Assembly: GCA_964539615.1 (NCBI GenBank)
Contig: CAZIJP010000001.1
Span: 1-59,743 of the forward strand
Reading direction: 5' to 3'
DNA length: 59,743 nucleotides
From: an uncultured bacterium
GTDB lineage: Bacteria > Macinerneyibacteriota > Macinerneyibacteria > Macinerneyibacteriales > CAYRFE01
The position numbers were made by a program, and so were the translations under genes. Positions 54,461 to 59,743 of the stretch are shown piece after piece. Position 1 is the first letter of the stretch. Each line of letters begins with the position of its first letter. The notes under the pieces are model-generated. The model was not told the origin of the DNA, did not search any database, and saw only the letters and a program-made list of their open reading frames with translations.

Positions 54461-57400
54461 ATGCAACCGCTATTCATCCGGATCGCATCTTTTTTTAATA
54501 CCCCGGAATCAGTATACCGTATCGATACTTGTTGCGATGATCATGAAGAATCATTTACTATAAGCCCCGGTATCCCGATCTCTCCCGTTATAGAACGCTA
54601 TTTTCACGTTTCTCAATCCTCACTGGCAAATGCCTCGACACTTAATGAGACAATAACTTTGATAAAAAATAGATTCCCGCACCGTACCTATGATTTTATA
54701 ACCTACCATCTACCTGTAAAATTAACATCCGTACTGCCGTGCAGAGAATTCCGCTGTTTCGAACTGGTCATTGATCCGTTTTCTAAAATTTCAGAACACA
54801 AGAACATTCACGAAATGATCGCTTGTTATGAAACGGTTATGCAGACATACGGCATATGGCAAAAAGAAAACTCCGGTTATGATCAGACATGGATTCGATC
54901 CATTCCGCCGTTGCCTCCGCTTTCACGGCACACTCTTACGGAACGATGCGCTGATATTTTATCCGAGAATGCTCGATTGTATAGTGAAACAGGGTTCACA
55001 TACCGAGCGCAGCAAGAGACCTTGGCATTAACGATCGAATCCTGTTTCCGAGAGAACAAACATTTACTATGTAACGCGCCGACCGGTATCGGAAAAAGCC
55101 TCGCTTATTGCGTGAATGCCGCATTGCTTACCGGAAGTGATGCCAATACCCGAGTCGTCATTTCAACGTTCAGTAGACGACTTCAGGACCAGCTCCGCGA
55201 TAAAGACATCCCGTTGACCGAACGTTTGCTCGGGACTTCGTTAAGCGTTGCATATTTAAAAGGCCGCAGTAATTACCTGTGTATCGACCGATTGCAGGCT
55301 ATGTTCAACAAACGCGGGAACGCCCCGACGAAAGATTACATATTTTCAGCAGTGACGGCAGGCATTCGCGAGATCGATGCATTGCAATGCGGCCAGGATA
55401 TGAAAGATGAACTGCGGGCATTTTCCTGTTCACCTGTCTGTGCATATCAAGAGATCTGTTTTTATAAAAAAGCCCGTGAACGAGCAGCCCAGGCACAGAT
55501 CTGTGTCATAAACCATGCCCTACTTATCCGTGAATTAGCATTCGGGCGTCTGAAACACGTTACGCATCTGGTGGTTGATGAAGCGCATCATATCGAAGAA
55601 CTCGCCGTCAATGAACTCGGCGGTGAATTGACTCGGGACACATTCCGATTTTGTGATTTTGCCGTAGCGCCGTTGGTGCGTGAATTTTCACGAAAATGGC
55701 GCAGTATGTTTGAAGATCTCGAATCATTGGACCATGAGGCAGTCGAATTATTTTTACAGGACTCAAAAACTATTAGAACGCTCATAAGCGAACCTGATGT
55801 ACGCGAACAATTTGATGCGGCCGTTCAGATCGTCCGTCGATATTTTCTCTTTAAAGAACATTACTACACTGAACCGATCGAACGCCATGACGGCAGAATT
55901 TACAAACTGTACCCATATCGGATAGACGGATGGATGCGGCAAAAATTCTGGGATAAATTCTCATCTGTATGTATGCTTTCCGGAACATTGTTCGTGAATG
56001 AAGGCGCAATGCTCGGGATAGTAAAACGCACGTTCGGTGTTGCAAAAGACGAACGCGTTTTAACCTTATCACTACCGTCTCCGTTTGATTATGCTTCAAA
56101 TGTTCGCTTTTTCGTGCCGGTCGATTTTCCTCGTTACAACTTTCAGGAAAAACATATTTTTATGGATGCCGTAACGGCTTTTTTAAAGGAATATCTTATA
56201 CGGACGGAAACAAAAGCATTAATACTGTTCACCGCGTATGAAGATATGCGTCATATCGCAGATCTGATGAGCGATTATTTTACGGAACAAGGAATTCAGC
56301 TTTTTATGAATGAATATGACGAACAAGCGGTATCATCGGTGCCGTTCCCGGTGATCTTCGGCACATACGGCATGTGGGAAGGCGTGGACATATCCGGCGA
56401 CCTTCTCCATTCGGTCATCATGATCAAATCACCGTTCTCTTCACCGAATGACGGATTTTTTAAAGCCAAACAACAGATCATGGATGATGCGCTTTTTTAT
56501 TTATATTATCTCAATCACGCCGTTATGAAATTCCGTCAAGGATTTGGTCGATTAATAAGGTCGGTGGAAGATCGCGGTATTTTTATTTTATTGGATAACC
56601 GCATAACCACGAAAAGTTATAAAAATTTCTTTCTTCGCTCGGTATCGGATGACCTGCAATTGTCATTTGTGCCGACAAGGGATATTTTCAACAAAGCAGA
56701 AAGTTTCTTGTTTGACAAAACCGGTCTTTTTCTCAAAGACTATCGAACGGAAACTGATACGTTCCGTTTCCTCGATTATAAGCAGCTGTATATCGCGCGT
56801 GACGGTGAACGCGGTATAAAGATCATCTATGGCAGCGCGGGGACCGGAAAAACGGTCGTCCTCATTCATCGCTTAAAGTTTTTACTCATGAATTTTCCCC
56901 ATATCGAACGTGTACTCTTTTTGACCTTCAATGCTGCGCTTGCGCGATTTATAGAAAACATTCTCCACCTCGAAGGCATTGATCTGACGGAAAAGACGAT
57001 CGACGTTCGTTACTTTTACGAGTTGTGCGCCGCCATTGAACCGAAACCGGATACTATGAATGATTTTTCCGCATACTATCGCTCGATATTACAACGGATT
57101 ACAGAAGATCCGACACAAATCGTACCATATGATGCCGTATTTATTGATGAAGGACAAGACCTCGGTTTATTGGAGTATGATATCGTTACCCGTTTCCTGA
57201 ACCCGTCTTCAGCTGATTTCATGTGTGCGATAGATAAACATCAAGCGATCTATGATATTGATTTTTCGCGTTTTTTTACCGATAAGCCAATCCGTTATTA
57301 TTCAGTGGAACATTCATATCGTACTACTGCAGCGATACAAACAATTGCTGCGCGATACAATCGCTCACTTTTTGTTACGGATGATGATATGTACTTCAAT

Positions 57401-57913
57401 TACGGTTCAGAGATTGATGTTTTAGAAAATAATGATCCCCAACAACTATTTATATCAATTTCAAATTACATTGCAGGAAAACTTAAAGAAGGTTATACCC
57501 CCGGCGATTGTGCCGTAATCTATCCCAAACATGCATTATACGGGTCTGTAAACATTGCAAGCACCATCGGTGAGGTATTGCGTTCTCATGGCGTTAGAGT
57601 GACCACGTTAACGTTGCCGAAAATGAAAAAAAACTTCACATTACGAGATAACACGGTAAAGCTCACCACCGTCCATTCATCGAAAGGTTTGGAATTCAAA
57701 GTCGTCATTTTTTTAGGCGCTGACACAATACCTCTCAATGATGCCAATAAAAGGCTCTGTTATGTAGCAGTGACTCGCGCCAGAGAAATTCTCTGCTGTG
57801 CGTATATGAAACCGGCACATTGCGCAGAGTTTCTCAAAACACAAAACCGTAACGGCCCGCCACCATCATCATCAATACTATCCGATTCGAAGAGTGATGA
57901 TCCCAAACATTAA
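54461..57913 (+). CDS. dual helicase: DinG/XPD-type Fe-S SF2 helicase fused to a UvrD-like SF1 helicase
   Basis: aa 175-720 carry APTGIGKS, LKGRSNYLC, the Cys cluster C274/C310/C323/C327/C333, VVDEAHH, WEGVDISGD, IKSPFSSP and QGFGRLIRS. aa 770-1115 carry GSAGTGKT, LTFNAALA, FIDEGQD, DKHQAIYD, HSYRTT, VHSSKGLEFKVVIF and YVAVTRAREIL. The frame is single and uninterrupted. It starts 4 nt after the previous stop. Confidence 0.8.
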   Translation: MQPLFIRIASFFNTPESVYRIDTCCDDHEESFTISPGIPISPVIERYFHVSQSSLANASTLNETITLIKNRFPHRTYDFITYHLPVKLTSVLPCREFRCFELVIDPFSKISEHKNIHEMIACYETVMQTYGIWQKENSGYDQTWIRSIPPLPPLSRHTLTERCADILSENARLYSETGFTYRAQQETLALTIESCFRENKHLLCNAPTGIGKSLAYCVNAALLTGSDANTRVVISTFSRRLQDQLRDKDIPLTERLLGTSLSVAYLKGRSNYLCIDRLQAMFNKRGNAPTKDYIFSAVTAGIREIDALQCGQDMKDELRAFSCSPVCAYQEICFYKKARERAAQAQICVINHALLIRELAFGRLKHVTHLVVDEAHHIEELAVNELGGELTRDTFRFCDFAVAPLVREFSRKWRSMFEDLESLDHEAVELFLQDSKTIRTLISEPDVREQFDAAVQIVRRYFLFKEHYYTEPIERHDGRIYKLYPYRIDGWMRQKFWDKFSSVCMLSGTLFVNEGAMLGIVKRTFGVAKDERVLTLSLPSPFDYASNVRFFVPVDFPRYNFQEKHIFMDAVTAFLKEYLIRTETKALILFTAYEDMRHIADLMSDYFTEQGIQLFMNEYDEQAVSSVPFPVIFGTYGMWEGVDISGDLLHSVIMIKSPFSSPNDGFFKAKQQIMDDALFYLYYLNHAVMKFRQGFGRLIRSVEDRGIFILLDNRITTKSYKNFFLRSVSDDLQLSFVPTRDIFNKAESFLFDKTGLFLKDYRTETDTFRFLDYKQLYIARDGERGIKIIYGSAGTGKTVVLIHRLKFLLMNFPHIERVLFLTFNAALARFIENILHLEGIDLTEKTIDVRYFYELCAAIEPKPDTMNDFSAYYRSILQRITEDPTQIVPYDAVFIDEGQDLGLLEYDIVTRFLNPSSADFMCAIDKHQAIYDIDFSRFFTDKPIRYYSVEHSYRTTAAIQTIAARYNRSLFVTDDDMYFNYGSEIDVLENNDPQQLFISISNYIAGKLKEGYTPGDCAVIYPKHALYGSVNIASTIGEVLRSHGVRVTTLTLPKMKKNFTLRDNTVKLTTVHSSKGLEFKVVIFLGADTIPLNDANKRLCYVAVTRAREILCCAYMKPAHCAEFLKTQNRNGPPPSSSILSDSKSDDPKH

Positions 57914-58210
57914 CTCATCACCGCACGGATGATATATTAGTAGTCTGTAAAATTACATCCATAACCTAACCATCTGACCGATGTCAATGACAATTTTACC
58001 GTACCACAATCATATTATAACTGTTTTATACAATAATTAAATTTAGCATGAATAATCTTATTTTCAATATCAGCAATGTCGTAATTCTGTATTTTGTTGT
58101 TATTGTAAGAGTTATGAATTTTTTGTTATAATTCTTATCGACCAGCAACCAATTCTTCATAGGAATTTTTCATTTATTTTCATTTTTTTTATATTTTTAT
58201 GATATTTATC

Positions 58211-58238
58211 TTGACAAGAGGGTTTTACCTGTTATGAT
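58211..58238 (+). promoter_or_regulatory. sigma70-like promoter of the RRM gene
   Basis: TTGACA (58211-58216), a 16-nt spacer, then TATGAT (58233-58238), in a very AT-rich upstream region. Confidence 0.5.
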
Positions 58239-58291
58239 TCGTTTGTGGCTAGTTGTTATTTGGCTTTGACCTTTTTTCCAGGAGGATTTTA

Positions 58292-58549
58292 ATGGAATTC
58301 AAAGTTTACGTAGGTAATCTCCCGTATCGCACAACAGAAGAAGAAATGAAACAATTCTTCGGCACCGCTGGCAATGTAGTTGACGCACGCATCATCAGAG
58401 ACAAAGAAACCAACCGTTCTAAAGGTTTCGGTTTCGTATCTTTTGATTCTGAAGAAGGCGTTGACAAAGCAATCGAAACCCTGAATGGTAAAGCATTCGG
58501 CGATCGTCCGCTTAAAGTTGACCGCGCTAAAGCTCGCGAAAACGCATAA
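58292..58549 (+). CDS. RRM-type glycine-poor RNA-binding protein
   Basis: RNP-2 (VYVGNL) and RNP-1 (KGFGFVSF) are present in about 85 aa. AGGAGG lies 7 nt before the ATG at 58292. Confidence 0.85.
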   Translation: MEFKVYVGNLPYRTTEEEMKQFFGTAGNVVDARIIRDKETNRSKGFGFVSFDSEEGVDKAIETLNGKAFGDRPLKVDRAKARENA

Positions 58550-58575
58550 GTAGATTAATCTATTCATGTTTCTTA

Positions 58576-58598
58576 GGGCGGTGCAAACCGCCCTTTTT
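58576..58598 (+). terminator. intrinsic terminator of the RRM gene
   Basis: gggcggt - gcaa - accgccc is followed by TTTTT. Confidence 0.8.
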
Positions 58599-58798
58599 GT
58601 TTTATATTCACATCTTTCATACTATCTGCTATATTACTTCAATGAGTTTCATAATTACTTCTTCATATCTTATAATGCTCCCGAATATTGACACCATAAA
58701 ACATCAAAATCGGTTGTGGTTTTTAGCGGGGGTAATCTTTATTCTTGTATGTTTGTTGATTGGAAAAATAATTTCCCTACGAAAACGTAAATAAAAAA

Positions 58799-58820
58799 GC
58801 CCCCTGATCTTTCAGAGGGC
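58799..58820 (-). terminator. intrinsic terminator of the OMP-like gene
   Basis: The stem has 8 bp with one mismatch and a 4-nt loop. On the minus strand it is followed by T6 (plus-strand A6 at 58793-58798). Confidence 0.6.
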
Positions 58821-58845
58821 CTGTATTGTAATGAATAGTTCTATA

Positions 58846-59743
58846 TTATTTTTTCTTCGTATCTCTGAACCAAAGATCTTTAGCAGTAAAACTTACGCCG
58901 AATGTAATAAAATCTTCCTTATACATTGACTCAAGATTTGTTGTTGAACGGTCTACAAGAAGCATTTCACGTGATCCAAAAGAAAGCAGCAGGTCTATGG
59001 AAGCGTTATTTGTTTTAAATGGTTTAAAGGCTGTTCCAAACGAAAATGCGGATTCCTTTCCTTCACGATAAAGACCTTTTTGAATATAGTATCCGGCACG
59101 CAATGGTATTTCAATCTTTTTCTCTTTATCACGTAAAAATTTCCAATTGAAGGAAAATCTATACTCTCCGCCGAAACCGATCCGGGTAAGATCTTCGGTT
59201 GCGCCGTATCCGTTAATGGTGGTTTCACTCCATTTTTCCGTAATATATTCACCGGATACCGTAAATTTTTCATTTGAATACCCCAGCCCGATACCGATTT
59301 CAGATGGGTAAAGCCATGTAGTTTCCGCTTTTTCAATATCATTATAGGTAGGTATAGTGGAAATATCCATTGATGAACGGTATGTAGCACCTAAAGAAAC
59401 GCCATGATTAGAATAATAGAATCCGAATTTCGGAGTATAACCGGTATACCCATACTCCCATTGAGCTTCCATCGTATTAATGGTAAATTCAGAGTTGGTA
59501 ACTGAATATTTTGTTTTATCATTTCCAAAAGCACATTCTAATCCAACAGAAAGCGATACCTTAAAGGGTAACTCATAGGCAGTGCTGAAGCCGACAACAT
59601 TGAAGTTTTTATAATACTCAACCGTAACAGTATCCGGTGTTTCGTATCCGCTATCCTGAGTAAATGAACCCTGGAAATATGAATTTAAAGGCGATGTATA
59701 ATATGCCGATACCACAAGCCCTTTTACGACCATCGGAAAAATA
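58846..59743 (-). CDS. outer-membrane beta-barrel-like protein, 5' end outside the window
   Basis: The frame stays open to the window edge. Alternating Y/F/G-rich strands (GFSTAYELPF, GFYYSNHGVSLGATYR, GIGLGYS, GFGGEYRF) are typical of porin/FadL-like barrels. Confidence 0.45.
   Translation of the reverse strand, partial: IFPMVVKGLVVSAYYTSPLNSYFQGSFTQDSGYETPDTVTVEYYKNFNVVGFSTAYELPFKVSLSVGLECAFGNDKTKYSVTNSEFTINTMEAQWEYGYTGYTPKFGFYYSNHGVSLGATYRSSMDISTIPTYNDIEKAETTWLYPSEIGIGLGYSNEKFTVSGEYITEKWSETTINGYGATEDLTRIGFGGEYRFSFNWKFLRDKEKKIEIPLRAGYYIQKGLYREGKESAFSFGTAFKPFKTNNASIDLLLSFGSREMLLVDRSTTNLESMYKEDFITFGVSFTAKDLWFRDTKKK

Noticed and set aside
58049-58132. 27-aa hydrophobic plus-strand mini-ORF in the AT-rich spacer after the helicase gene
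   Set aside because: It has no SD. AT-rich DNA produces such frames by chance.
58597-58794. 65-aa plus-strand hydrophobic ORF after the RRM gene
   Set aside because: Its TTG start overlaps the T-tract of the RRM gene's terminator hairpin, and neither that start nor the internal ATG (58642) has an SD. It could be a real mini membrane protein, but the sequence alone does not support it.
1-59743. Search by eye for CRISPR arrays, tRNA/rRNA genes, IS elements, integrases, reverse transcriptases (retron/DGR) and restriction-modification pairs
   Set aside because: I saw no regularly spaced short direct repeats, no tRNA-like T-arm/acceptor patterns in the intergenic regions and no transposase, integrase or RT motifs. 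The two methyltransferases look like small-molecule or generic class I enzymes, lacking DNA-MTase motifs such as DPPY or PCQ, and have no adjacent nuclease. A computational scan with tRNAscan, Infernal or a CRISPR finder could still reveal something I missed.

Overview
This is a densely packed 59.7-kb chromosomal segment from a low-GC diderm bacterium. The diderm call rests on LptF/LptG-family permeases, an MsbA-like exporter and beta-barrel OMP fragments. WG/KWG repeat proteins, an RRM-type RNA-binding protein, an Asp-type MurA and a 7TMR-DISM hybrid kinase with a Cys-rich tail suggest a Spirochaetota-like lineage, but that is inference only. I support about 60 protein genes. I recognise no rRNA, tRNA, CRISPR array, transposase, integrase or reverse transcriptase. 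Housekeeping genes I recognise with confidence are tilS, a yhaM-like gene, rsgA, nadA, ppnP, trmB, a PiT phosphate transporter with its DUF47 partner, birA, murA, a PduO-type adenosyltransferase, a lipoate/octanoyl ligase, and three ABC exporters. The most unusual items are listed here. (1) A 1150-aa ORF (54461-57913) fuses a complete DinG/XPD-type Fe-S SF2 helicase to a complete UvrD-like SF1 helicase. (2) A translationally coupled six-gene minus-strand operon (35251-38769) encodes DUF2089-like, DUF4097-like, membrane and SHOCT-like proteins plus two lipoproteins, and three of the proteins share one short helical motif. (3) A GAF-DHp protein with no ATPase domain overlaps a complete membrane histidine kinase and an unannotated 56-aa ORF (42680-44887). 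(4) An AT-rich islet (about 2790-7297) holds a WG-repeat gene split in an A9 tract, an OMP gene remnant, and a vapBC module plus a methyltransferase bracketed by 86-bp direct repeats. (5) A tight operon joins an ArsC-family protein, a GNAT, a DEDDh exonuclease, an orphan 376-aa helical protein and a Cys-to-Trp alkyltransferase-like protein (24226-27429). (6) A 78-aa protein made of six 11-residue repeats sits directly upstream of a hybrid kinase. All family names come from motif recognition by eye. No database search was run.
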